From positions 629 to 64,628 of the forward strand of contig JAZLFM010000014.1 in the NCBI GenBank assembly GCA_045615765.1: a DNA stretch of 64,000 nt, given 5' to 3'. The position numbers were made by a program, and so were the translations under genes. This document shows positions 49,714 through 57,686 of this stretch, piece after piece (within the stretch, counting starts at the first letter, position 1; each line of letters opens with the position of its first letter). The notes under the pieces were generated by a model that did no database searches, was not told the origin of the DNA, and saw only the letters and a program-made list of their open reading frames with translations. Source of the stretch: Bacteroidales bacterium. GTDB taxonomy: Bacteria; Bacteroidota; Bacteroidia; Bacteroidales; UBA1715.

Positions 49714-49730
49714 AAATCTTTCCTGTTCCT

Positions 49731-51041
49731 ATGGAAAAGATTGCTATTTATACAGAATCAAAATTTTTACCTGAGAAGAATTATGTCTTCAAGGTTATAT
49801 TTGAGGAAATTCTTGGCATTACATACGAGGTATTCGATACATCGGTAAGCCAAGTGTATAAAATAGTACTACCGAACGAGAAATTCATAGAGTTCGCCGA
49901 CGACTTTTTTACATATATTCCAGAATCAATAGGATATTGTAAAAAAGCCTATTTGCCACAAAAAGTATGGCAATTAAAAAACGACTTTGGCGAACCTATT
50001 CCTTTTTTCTACGGTTCGAATCGATATACCGACCACGGAAAATCAATTTACTGCGGCTTAGACATTATTGGTAATTCTTTCTTTATGCTCAGCCGTTGGG
50101 AAGAAATGATTGCCGACAAAAAAGATAAACACGGCAGATTTCCAGAAGAAGACGCTTGTGCGGTAAAATTCGGATTAATACAAAAACCTCTTGTACACAT
50201 TTATGCGGAATTTCTACGAAGATTGTTTCAACAATTTGGCTACGAGATTCCTGTGAAACATAAGTATAAAAAAATACTTACACACGATATTGACTATTTG
50301 TACAAATGGGGAACACGCTTTGATTATGTAAAAAATTGCATAGGAGATATATGTAAACGGTTTTCAATAAAATCATTGAAAACGACTATGAATATGTACA
50401 AAAACGGTCAAGATCCGTATGATACCTATCAATATCTTATGGATTTGAGCGAACAAAATGGTCAGAAGTCATTATTTTACTTTTTAAAATCAAAGAAAAA
50501 CGACTTTGAAATCATAACAGAGCGTGGTCAAAAGATAATACAATCTATTATTGCAAGAGGACACAATGTAGCTATACACTCAAACTATTTTCTTGAAGGA
50601 GAATGGCGTGAAATACAAGCCGACAAGGAATATTACGAACGCATTTTCAGTAAGAAGATTGAGCAAAACCGACAACATTATCTTAAAGTAAACATTCCGC
50701 AAACATTTCGTTTGTTGGAAGAAAATGGCATATCCCAAGACAGTAGTTTATACTACTCACATCACTTAGGATTTCGTACAGGAATGTGTATAGAACATTC
50801 TCTTTTCGATTGCGAGCGAAGAAGAATCCTAAAATTAAAAGAACTGCCGTTGACCCTTATGGATATTTCCCTACAGAATGCACGGAAATACGACGAGGCT
50901 GTAGAAATGGTTGACACATTGATAGAAACCGTAAAAAAATATAATGGAACATTTGTATGCTTATGGCATAACAGCAGTTTCAATTCTCCTGAATGGAGAT
51001 ATTTAGCAGGAATTTACGAGCACATTGTAGAAGCGAAATAA
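49731..51041 (+). CDS. hypothetical protein (possibly a divergent NodB-like/polysaccharide-deacetylase fold in the C-terminal half)
   Basis: 436 aa. The only hints are weak motifs (ILTHDIDYL, VAIHSNY, NRQHYLK). Position between the HIT gene and aroC. Confidence 0.5.
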   Translation: MEKIAIYTESKFLPEKNYVFKVIFEEILGITYEVFDTSVSQVYKIVLPNEKFIEFADDFFTYIPESIGYCKKAYLPQKVWQLKNDFGEPIPFFYGSNRYTDHGKSIYCGLDIIGNSFFMLSRWEEMIADKKDKHGRFPEEDACAVKFGLIQKPLVHIYAEFLRRLFQQFGYEIPVKHKYKKILTHDIDYLYKWGTRFDYVKNCIGDICKRFSIKSLKTTMNMYKNGQDPYDTYQYLMDLSEQNGQKSLFYFLKSKKNDFEIITERGQKIIQSIIARGHNVAIHSNYFLEGEWREIQADKEYYERIFSKKIEQNRQHYLKVNIPQTFRLLEENGISQDSSLYYSHHLGFRTGMCIEHSLFDCERRRILKLKELPLTLMDISLQNARKYDEAVEMVDTLIETVKKYNGTFVCLWHNSSFNSPEWRYLAGIYEHIVEAK

Positions 51042-51069
51042 ATTTCTACATTTACCAAAATTTTAAACG

Positions 51070-52050
51070 ATGAAGAATATATTTGGAGACATATTTAAAG
51101 TTGTGATTTTCGGAGAAAGTCACGGAGATAAAGTCGGAGTTGTCGTAGATGGTTGTCCCGTAGGAATTGACCTATGCGAAGCAGATTTTGACACAGACAT
51201 TCAACGCCGTCGTTCTGGGAAATTAGGCTCTACTCCACGTATTGAAGCTGACATTCCACATATAGTTAGCGGTGTATTCAACGGAAAGACAAATGGTTCT
51301 CCAATTACCATTCTTTTTGAAAATACAAACACAAAATCTGGCGATTACTCGAACTTGGTAAATCATCCAAGACCTGGACACGCTGATTTCACAGCAAAAG
51401 AAAAATTCAAAGGCTACAACGATCCACGAGGCGGCGGACACTTTTCGGGAAGAATTACTCTTGGACTAGTAGCAGCAGGTGTAATTGCAAAGAAAATCGT
51501 TGCACCTATTCAAATTGAAGCAACTTTGACTGAAGTTGGTGGTAGCACAAATATAGAAGAGACTATTAAGGAAGCTATTCGCCGACAAGATTCTATTGGC
51601 GGTATGGTTTCATGTAAATGTACTAATGTGCCTGTAGGACTTGGCGAACCATTTTTTGGTTCTGTTGAATCAGAAATTGCACATATTATGTTTTCGATTC
51701 CAGCAATAAAAAGTATAGATTTCGGTTGCGGCCGCGATGCCGCAAAAATGTACGGAAGCGAACATAACGATATGATTATTGAAGCCTCGGGAAAAACTGC
51801 AACAAACAATGCAGGAGGAATCAATGGCGGAATCACAAATGGCAACGATATAACGTTCTCTGTGGCCGTAAAACCAACAGCAAGCATTTCTCTACCACAA
51901 GACACGTTTAACTTCGCTGACGGCAAAATAGAACCGCTTACAATTGTGGGACGACACGACGCATGCATTGCAGTACGCGTACCAGTAATTGTTGAATGCG
52001 CAGCAGCAATTGTTCTTGCTGACTTAACGCTTAAAGCGAAAGCACAATAA
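51070..52050 (+). CDS. aroC: chorismate synthase (short form)
   Basis: FGESHG, HPRPGHAD and RGGGHFSGR motifs. 326 aa. Confidence 0.9.
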   Translation: MKNIFGDIFKVVIFGESHGDKVGVVVDGCPVGIDLCEADFDTDIQRRRSGKLGSTPRIEADIPHIVSGVFNGKTNGSPITILFENTNTKSGDYSNLVNHPRPGHADFTAKEKFKGYNDPRGGGHFSGRITLGLVAAGVIAKKIVAPIQIEATLTEVGGSTNIEETIKEAIRRQDSIGGMVSCKCTNVPVGLGEPFFGSVESEIAHIMFSIPAIKSIDFGCGRDAAKMYGSEHNDMIIEASGKTATNNAGGINGGITNGNDITFSVAVKPTASISLPQDTFNFADGKIEPLTIVGRHDACIAVRVPVIVECAAAIVLADLTLKAKAQ

Positions 52051-52461
52051 TTATTCCACAACAAATTCAAACACTGTTGATAGTTTAGGATGGGTGACAT
52101 GAATATCACCCATTCCCATTATATCCATACCTATTATCATATCGTAACGTATTAATGGAGCTTCTACAACAGAAGTAAATCCTATTTTTAGATTTCCAAA
52201 CTCTAAATCAACAATATATGATTTTGCCAGAATTGACGAGCCTACAAAACCGCTTACTCTTTTCACGTCAATAGGTATAAGTCCAAGTTCTTGAACCAAA
52301 TTTGTTGATATAACACTAATTGTCGCACCGGTATCCCATAGAGCAGAAACACCCTTTTTTATTTTCAGATCAGGAGAATTTGTCTCATAATCAGAAAGAT
52401 TTAATGTGCAGGGAGTTATCAAGAGATTTGAAATACCATTCTTCACGAAAGAATATCTCAT
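52051..52461 (-). CDS. retropepsin-like (clan AA) aspartic protease
   Basis: Catalytic motif ALWDTGATISVIS and the downstream IIGMDIM segment. 136 aa from the ATG at 52461. Its stop codon directly abuts the aroC stop with no spacer. Confidence 0.7.
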   Translation of the reverse strand: MRYSFVKNGISNLLITPCTLNLSDYETNSPDLKIKKGVSALWDTGATISVISTNLVQELGLIPIDVKRVSGFVGSSILAKSYIVDLEFGNLKIGFTSVVEAPLIRYDMIIGMDIMGMGDIHVTHPKLSTVFEFVVE

Positions 52462-52467
52462 ATCCAA

Positions 52468-52701
52468 TTAATAGTTATAATGAATGATATGAGTTTCTAA
52501 ACTATTCTTCTCACATTTATGAAGAAGGAAATGACCGACACCAAAGTTTGTAACTCCAAAGTCGTATGCAGACCTTGCTTTTTCAAAAGGAAAAACCTGA
52601 CAATTGTCCGAAATAACTAAATAACTACCCTCATAAAGAGACAATAAGTCACTCTCGTGGGCAACATAAAAATCATACTGTTTTTGCAATGGTATTATCA
52701 T
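52468..52701 (-). CDS. small hypothetical protein paired with the aspartic protease
   Basis: 77 aa. Its stop lies 6 nt before the protease ATG, and it has its own -7 box upstream. I have a weak recollection of a DUF5678-like pattern (L..Y.G.YLVISD..V). Confidence 0.5.
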   Translation of the reverse strand: MIIPLQKQYDFYVAHESDLLSLYEGSYLVISDNCQVFPFEKARSAYDFGVTNFGVGHFLLHKCEKNSLETHIIHYNY

Positions 52702-52721
52702 AATTAGGATATTTGGTTTGA

Positions 52722-52729
52722 CAAATATA
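52722..52729 (-). promoter_or_regulatory. Bacteroidota-type -7 promoter box for the small-protein/protease cassette
   Basis: TATATTTG on the minus strand, 20 nt before the ATG at 52701. Confidence 0.55.
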
Positions 52730-52803
52730 TCATTTTAATAAATGATAGCCAAATTGCAAGTTGCTTTTATATAGCAAAAGAATATAAAATCATACACTGT
52801 TCA

Positions 52804-52837
52804 TAAAAAATACCCCAACCGAATTTATCGATTGAGG
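52804..52837 (-). terminator. rho-independent terminator of the four-gene envelope module
   Basis: On the minus strand, CCUCAAUCGA-UAAAU-UCGGUUGGGG forms 10 bp including two G.U pairs that work only on this strand. It is followed by UAUUUUUU. Confidence 0.7.
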
Positions 52838-52876
52838 TAGGACATGTCAAATACTTTTCTTTACTACAACATCTAT

Positions 52877-53761
52877 TTAATCCAAAAACTTTTTAATTGC
52901 TTTTTCTGTTTGAACAGGTAGAGCGGTTTTATAACAAGCATATTTTTGTACTCCCATTTCTGAACACCATTTTCCTAGAAACTCTTTCATTACATCAAAA
53001 TCACTTGGTCGTGACGAATTCGGGTTTAACTCAAGAAATAAAACCTTCGTATCATTAAGATCCTTTCTTGTTGCTATAAATCCTAAATCCTGTGTTGCAA
53101 TAATATCTAAACACTTTGTAGGATTATCTAAACCTTTACTTCGAATAAGATTAGGAAGCAAATATGAGTATCTGTTACCTTGTTGCATCACAGAACTTTG
53201 ATGATATATGTAACCATCGGTTACAACAATAAATATGTTATTATAATCATCATCTTTATATAAATCTATTTCATCTTTAAAAAATCTCCAAATATCACAA
53301 CCAACCCAAGAGTTAGATTGTATGCTCATATCATAAATCTTTCGTAATGAAGAAGTAAATATACTATCCATATTGTCGTAATAATACTTTTTGGTTTTAT
53401 TATCCATTGGACCTAAATCTACAACTAATGTTTTTGCGAGAGATGCGATTGTTGAATTTGATGGTGCTGGAGAAAATACTACTTGAATTTTTCCTTTTGC
53501 CATATAAGCGCCTTTTGCCCTCATATCCTCCTTAAAGTATTTTACGACATTAGACACTATTGCCAAATCTCTTTCTGTGTGATTTGGAGTATCTGTAGCT
53601 ATAATTCTATCTGATAAATCAAGCAAAATAGTAACATTAAGTTGTTTTGTTGATATTTCCACAGATTCCTCTGTACCTTTACCATTTCCATCTACTTCTG
53701 ATACACACGAAGAGAACAAAGAAATACCCAATGTTAAAAATGCAAATACTGTCTTTTTCAT
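52877..53761 (-). CDS. lipoprotein with a possible vWA-like/Rossmann-like domain
   Basis: Lipobox LFSSC. Beta-strand plus acidic motif VTILLDLSDRI and, later, IFIVVTDGYI, as in vWA domains. The MIDAS motif would be degenerate (DxSxR). Confidence 0.6.
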   Translation of the reverse strand: MKKTVFAFLTLGISLFSSCVSEVDGNGKGTEESVEISTKQLNVTILLDLSDRIIATDTPNHTERDLAIVSNVVKYFKEDMRAKGAYMAKGKIQVVFSPAPSNSTIASLAKTLVVDLGPMDNKTKKYYYDNMDSIFTSSLRKIYDMSIQSNSWVGCDIWRFFKDEIDLYKDDDYNNIFIVVTDGYIYHQSSVMQQGNRYSYLLPNLIRSKGLDNPTKCLDIIATQDLGFIATRKDLNDTKVLFLELNPNSSRPSDFDVMKEFLGKWCSEMGVQKYACYKTALPVQTEKAIKKFLD

Positions 53762-53769
53762 TTCAATAA

Positions 53770-55002
53770 TTATTTAGAAATCTCACCTATTGTATTTTGA
53801 CCTGTAAGCCTTATCTGTTCTTGTTCATTTTTTGCCTTGCCCACACCTGCCAAAAAATTCATCCAACCGGCCAAATAACTATTCAAACAATCGACTAAGA
53901 TATTTACAGGATAAACAACATAATTCAATTCATTTTCTTTTGCTTTTATCTCAATATTTTTTGTTTTGATTTCACTTTCAATCTTTTCTATGTCGTTTTT
54001 ATATTCATTACATTGTTTTTTCTTATACCGTATTTTTTCATCTAAATTATCTATTGCAACTTTTACAACATTCAACTTTGCATGTGCATCCATTACAAAA
54101 TCAAAAACAAAACCCCAGATTAAATAAACAACAAAACCAGAAAAAATAATAAGCCAAAATTCAGGACTCTGAAAAGCTATTTTGAAATCATATTCTGGCA
54201 TGATTTCAAAAGTACCATTTTTTACAAAATCATAAGCTTTTTTCTCAATAACATATGCAATAAGAACATCATACACAAAAGTAACGGCAACTAAGGAGCC
54301 TATTTTTATATATTTCGAGAAACCTTTCCCTTGACCAAACTTATATATTAGATAACCTAAACCCAAGAAAACAAAAGGGATACACATTATAAACAGTGCC
54401 TGTGTCCAACTTCCCGCCAATGCGTTTGGAACTGCATCAGGATCTAGTACCTTTGCTTGAAAGTTTAATTCATCATGACTTGTAAACACTCTAAACATTG
54501 CCGTATAAGTCGCAGAAGAATAAAAAAGCCATAGATATAATGTCATCGCCAATATTATTATAACTCCGATTCTAAATCCAACCTTATCAGTCGGATTTTC
54601 CACGATTAAAGTTGGATTATTTTTTATATTAGCAATTTCCGCCTTAGATTTTTCAATGTTTTCCTCCGCTAAATTTAAATCATTTACTATTTTTTCCTTT
54701 TTTATTTCAAGACCAGCTTTGTCCCCTTCCAGACTAACAATTTCATTTTTTATTCTAGTTCGCTCTCTTTCTTGAATTGCACTATCAGCAGCAAGTTCTG
54801 CTTGCAACTTTGCCTTTGCTGCATGTAAATTAGGAATTAACGCCGCTTCTGATCCTCCAACTTTTCCTGCATCAGAAAAGCCAAGCGATTTATAGTTTTG
54901 CTTACGAACAGAATTATCATCATTTACAGCACTATTAATCGATTGGTTCGTCTTATCTACTTTATCAACACCCAAAAGAGTTTTAAAAATCTTCAAATCC
55001 AT
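53770..55002 (-). CDS. membrane protein: N-terminal coiled coil, four TM helices, C-terminal coiled coil
   Basis: 410 aa. Heptad-rich segments at about residues 60-135 and 315-365. TM helices at IGVIIILAMTLYLWLF, ALFIMCIPFVFLGLGYLIY, IGSLVAVTFVYDVLIAYVI and FWLIIFSGFVVYLIWGFVF. Confidence 0.65.
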   Translation of the reverse strand: MDLKIFKTLLGVDKVDKTNQSINSAVNDDNSVRKQNYKSLGFSDAGKVGGSEAALIPNLHAAKAKLQAELAADSAIQERERTRIKNEIVSLEGDKAGLEIKKEKIVNDLNLAEENIEKSKAEIANIKNNPTLIVENPTDKVGFRIGVIIILAMTLYLWLFYSSATYTAMFRVFTSHDELNFQAKVLDPDAVPNALAGSWTQALFIMCIPFVFLGLGYLIYKFGQGKGFSKYIKIGSLVAVTFVYDVLIAYVIEKKAYDFVKNGTFEIMPEYDFKIAFQSPEFWLIIFSGFVVYLIWGFVFDFVMDAHAKLNVVKVAIDNLDEKIRYKKKQCNEYKNDIEKIESEIKTKNIEIKAKENELNYVVYPVNILVDCLNSYLAGWMNFLAGVGKAKNEQEQIRLTGQNTIGEISK

Positions 55003-55009
55003 AACTCTA

Positions 55010-55396
55010 CTATGCTAATTCATTTAACAATTGTTCTTCCGTTATGCCATTTTTTACACCTTCAAAAAGAAAATCTGCAATAGAATGAATATTCTCTGTT
55101 GGAAAACCCATTTTTGCACAAATAGATTCAACCATTCTTCTTTCTTCTTCTTGAATTTCACCATCTGCCCAAGCTAATTGAACCAAATCGTATAGCATAA
55201 TTACTTTTTCTTCTATAGTATCTGGCAAATAATTTGAACCACCAGGTTTCATAACTACAGCATTAATTTCTTCTGTTGTTACTCCTCTTTTTTTCCCTAT
55301 TTCATAAAGAACACTTAATTCTCGAGGATCAATTCTGCCATCAGCTAACATTAAAGCATAAATTCTTAAAAAATGTGCTTTTAACTTTTCATTCAT
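55010..55396 (-). CDS. TerB-like (tellurite-resistance TerB / DjlA N-terminal type) domain protein
   Basis: 128 aa. Paired acidic helix motifs LADGRIDPRELSVL and WADGEIQEEERRMV are typical of the TerB fold. Confidence 0.7.
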   Translation of the reverse strand: MNEKLKAHFLRIYALMLADGRIDPRELSVLYEIGKKRGVTTEEINAVVMKPGGSNYLPDTIEEKVIMLYDLVQLAWADGEIQEEERRMVESICAKMGFPTENIHSIADFLFEGVKNGITEEQLLNELA

Positions 55397-55413
55397 ACAT
55401 AAAATTTTTAATA

Positions 55414-55629
55414 TTATCTATACCATTCACAAACACCACGATGATGAGAACAAGTTCCTTGATGATTTTGACTATAACTATACGTTCCATCACAACAACG
55501 AGCTGTTGGACCTTGATATTTATACTCCATAACTTCACTTAATGATTCCCAAGTTGTTTCCTTTGGATTGCCTGCAAAATTTGCACATGACAACAGTAAC
55601 ATGGTCGCAAGGCTTAAAAATTTCTTCAT
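55414..55629 (-). CDS. small secreted/lipoprotein with a DUF3761-like Cys/His motif
   Basis: 71 aa. Signal with LLSC lipobox. C-terminal ARCCDGTYSYSQNHQGTCSHHRGVCEW matches the C.DG..S.S....G.CS.HGGV..W pattern I recall for DUF3761. Confidence 0.65.
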   Translation of the reverse strand: MKKFLSLATMLLLSCANFAGNPKETTWESLSEVMEYKYQGPTARCCDGTYSYSQNHQGTCSHHRGVCEWYR

Positions 55630-55664
55630 CTTTTTCTATATTTTTTGTTTTCACCTATGGGCAT

Positions 55665-55695
55665 AAAAAAAGCGTGAAACTTACCGTCTCCCGCT
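55665..55695 (-). terminator. intrinsic terminator at the 3' end of the structured leader, 35 nt upstream of the DUF3761-like ATG
   Basis: On the minus strand, AGCGGGAGAC-GGUAA-GUUUCACGCU (10 positions: 8 Watson-Crick, one G.U, one mismatch) is followed by U7. Confidence 0.7.
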
Positions 55696-55810
55696 CTATG
55701 AGGTGTTTGGCGTAACCTGAATACACGAAATAAGTAAAGCCCACGCCGTAGCATGAACATAGTCACTTATTTCTTTTGTATTCTATTATAGTCGCCAAAC
55801 TTTCATAGAG
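55694..55810 (-). ncRNA. candidate structured RNA (cis-regulatory leader or sRNA), class unknown
   Basis: Nested perfect helices: 55694-55701 with 55803-55810 (8 bp), 55706-55712 with 55793-55799 (7 bp), 55719-55725 with 55777-55783 (7 bp), and 55727-55735 with 55765-55773 (9 bp). No ORF. The strand is inferred from the adjoining minus-strand terminator. Confidence 0.45.
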
Positions 55811-55841
55811 AAAGAAATAAAGCTCAATGCTTCTAATATGT

Positions 55842-55876
55842 CAAAATCACATTTGTGATTCCTTTACAAATGTGAT
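55842..55876 (-). promoter_or_regulatory. imperfect -7 box (TGATTTTG) overlapped by an 11-bp perfect inverted repeat (possible operator)
   Basis: ATCACATTTGT-N9-ACAAATGTGAT at 55846-55856 and 55866-55876. TGATTTTG on the minus strand at 55842-55849. A TTTG lies 17 nt upstream on the minus strand. Confidence 0.35.
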
Positions 55877-55884
55877 AATTATTT

Positions 55885-55923
55885 TCAAAAAAAGCAAATC
55901 AATCCGAAGATCAATTTGCTTTC
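55885..55923 (-). terminator. rho-independent terminator after lysA
   Basis: On the minus strand, GCAAAUUGAUC-UUCG-GAUUGAUUUGC (11 bp including two G.U pairs, UUCG tetraloop) is followed by U7. Confidence 0.8.
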
Positions 55924-55947
55924 ATATTCTAACTATATGGTTTTCTA

Positions 55948-57207
55948 CTATTTAAAATCCTTTAAACCAGCAAAATCAAGAGTCGCAAATAAATCTTCAA
56001 CAGTTTCGGCGCGGCGAATCATTTTCACGCTACCATCTGTTCTTAACAACAATTCTGCAGAACGAAGTTTTCCATTGTAGTTGAAGCCCATTGCATGACC
56101 ATGAGCGCCTGCATCGTGGATTGCAATTATATCACCAACTTCAACTTCTGGCAATTCACGATGAATAGCAAACTTATCGTTGTTCTCACAAAGCGAACCT
56201 GTTACATCATAAACATGATCGCAAGGAGCATTTTCCTTACCAAGAACTGTAATATGATGATATGCGCCATACATACCAGGACGCATTAAGTTATTCATAC
56301 TAGCATCAACGCCAACATATTCACGGAAAGTATGTTTTAAGTGACGAACTGTTGTCACCAAATATCCATAAGGTCCTGTGATAAAACGACCTGACTCTAA
56401 GTATAATTTAACAGGAGCTAGACCATTTGGAACCAATATAGATTCATACTCTTTACGAATTCCTTCGCTGATTTTGAACACATCCAATTTCTTTTGTTCT
56501 GGGCGATATGGTATTCCCAATCCACCACCAAGGTTAATGAAATCGAACTTTATACCTAATTGTTTATTGATTTTCACAACAAGGTTGAAAAGTATTCGAG
56601 CTGTTTCAACGAAATATTCTTCATTCAATTCATTCGAAGCTACCATTGTATGAATACCAAAGCGTTTCACACCTTTATCCATCAACATTTTATATCCTTC
56701 GAACAATTGGTTTTCCATACAACCATATTTGGCTTCTTCAGGATTACCAATAATATCATTACCAGATTTTAAGCTACCTGGGTTATAACGGAAAGACACC
56801 AATTCTGGAATACCTGCACATTTTTCCAAGAAAGCAACATGCGAAATATCGTCAAGATTGATGATAGCACCCAATTCTTTTGCTTTCTTGAATTCGTAAT
56901 CGCCAGTATCGTTCGAAGTGAACATAATGTTTTCGCCAACATTGCCAACTTGTTCTGAAATTAATAGCTCAGGATAAGAACTACAATCACAGCCGAAACC
57001 ATGTTGAGCCAACAACTTTGCCAAATATGGATTTGGAGCAGCTTTTACTGCAAAATATTCATGAAAACCTTCATTCCAAGCAAATGCTTTTTTTAATTCT
57101 TCTGCATTTTCCAAAATTGCTTTTTCATCATAAATATGAAAAGGCGTTGGGAACTGTTTTATAATTTCTTGTATTTTTTCTTTTGAAAAAGGAAGTGTTT
57201 TTGCCAT
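55948..57207 (-). CDS. lysA: diaminopimelate decarboxylase (PLP-dependent, group IV decarboxylase fold)
   Basis: 419 aa from MAKTLPFSKEK. YFAVKAAPNP (PLP lysine), GGGLGIPY, ESGRFITGP and CENNDKF. The upstream 18 codons in the ORF track overlap the -7 box. Confidence 0.8.
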   Translation of the reverse strand: MAKTLPFSKEKIQEIIKQFPTPFHIYDEKAILENAEELKKAFAWNEGFHEYFAVKAAPNPYLAKLLAQHGFGCDCSSYPELLISEQVGNVGENIMFTSNDTGDYEFKKAKELGAIINLDDISHVAFLEKCAGIPELVSFRYNPGSLKSGNDIIGNPEEAKYGCMENQLFEGYKMLMDKGVKRFGIHTMVASNELNEEYFVETARILFNLVVKINKQLGIKFDFINLGGGLGIPYRPEQKKLDVFKISEGIRKEYESILVPNGLAPVKLYLESGRFITGPYGYLVTTVRHLKHTFREYVGVDASMNNLMRPGMYGAYHHITVLGKENAPCDHVYDVTGSLCENNDKFAIHRELPEVEVGDIIAIHDAGAHGHAMGFNYNGKLRSAELLLRTDGSVKMIRRAETVEDLFATLDFAGLKDFK

Positions 57208-57227
57208 AATTCCAATTATTAGTAATG

Positions 57228-57235
57228 CAAAATTA
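57228..57235 (-). promoter_or_regulatory. Bacteroidota-type -7 promoter box for lysA
   Basis: TAATTTTG on the minus strand, 20 nt before the ATG at 57207. Confidence 0.55.
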
Positions 57236-57384
57236 AAATTTCTCGTTCGAAATACAACCATTTCACATGATTTATCTTAAAGTATTTAATGTTTGTCAAA
57301 CGACTTGTTCGAAAAGAAATTTACATCATAAAAAAAAGATTGAAATATTTTTCACATTTCTATTGGAAATATAAAAAATAGAGT

Positions 57385-57392
57385 TACTTTTG
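57385..57392 (+). promoter_or_regulatory. Bacteroidota-type -7 promoter box for tRNA-Pro
   Basis: TACTTTTG, 12 nt before the first tRNA nucleotide. Confidence 0.6.
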
Positions 57393-57404
57393 CATCGTTA
57401 AAAA

Positions 57405-57479
57405 CGGGGTATAGTACAGTCCGGTTAGTATGCTTGGTTTGGGACCAAGAGGTCGCAGGTTCGAATCCTGCTACCCCGA
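57405..57479 (+). tRNA. tRNA-Pro (anticodon TGG)
   Basis: Hand-folded cloverleaf. Acceptor CGGGGTA/TACCCCG, anticodon stem CTTGG/CCAAG with loop TTTGGGA, T arm GCAGG-TTCGAAT-CCTGC, 5-nt variable loop, discriminator A. No encoded CCA. Confidence 0.95.
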
Positions 57480-57484
57480 CACTG

Positions 57485-57517
57485 AAAGGAACAAGAAATT
57501 GTTCCTTTTTTGTTTTT
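57485..57517 (+). terminator. rho-independent terminator after tRNA-Pro
   Basis: AAAGGAACAA-GAAA-TTGTTCCTTT (10 bp, GNRA loop) followed by TTTTGTTTTT. Confidence 0.85.
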
Positions 57518-57623
57518 ACCCCTATTGTAATTGCAACCCCGTTAGAAGCTGCACAAACGAAGGAAAGGTTACTTTACAACCAAGAGGTTTTTCCTACGGA
57601 ATATATTCTCACACACTATCGTT

Positions 57624-57660
57624 TGAAAACAAAAAGAGACCATCGTTTCCGACAGCCTCT
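57624..57660 (-). terminator. rho-independent terminator after the 57687-58814 gene
   Basis: On the minus strand, AGAGGCUGUCG-GAAA-CGAUGGUCUCU (11 bp including G.U pairs) is followed by UUUUGUUUUC. Confidence 0.75.
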
Positions 57661-57686
57661 TATGTTATTTATAGGAATAGAAACTT

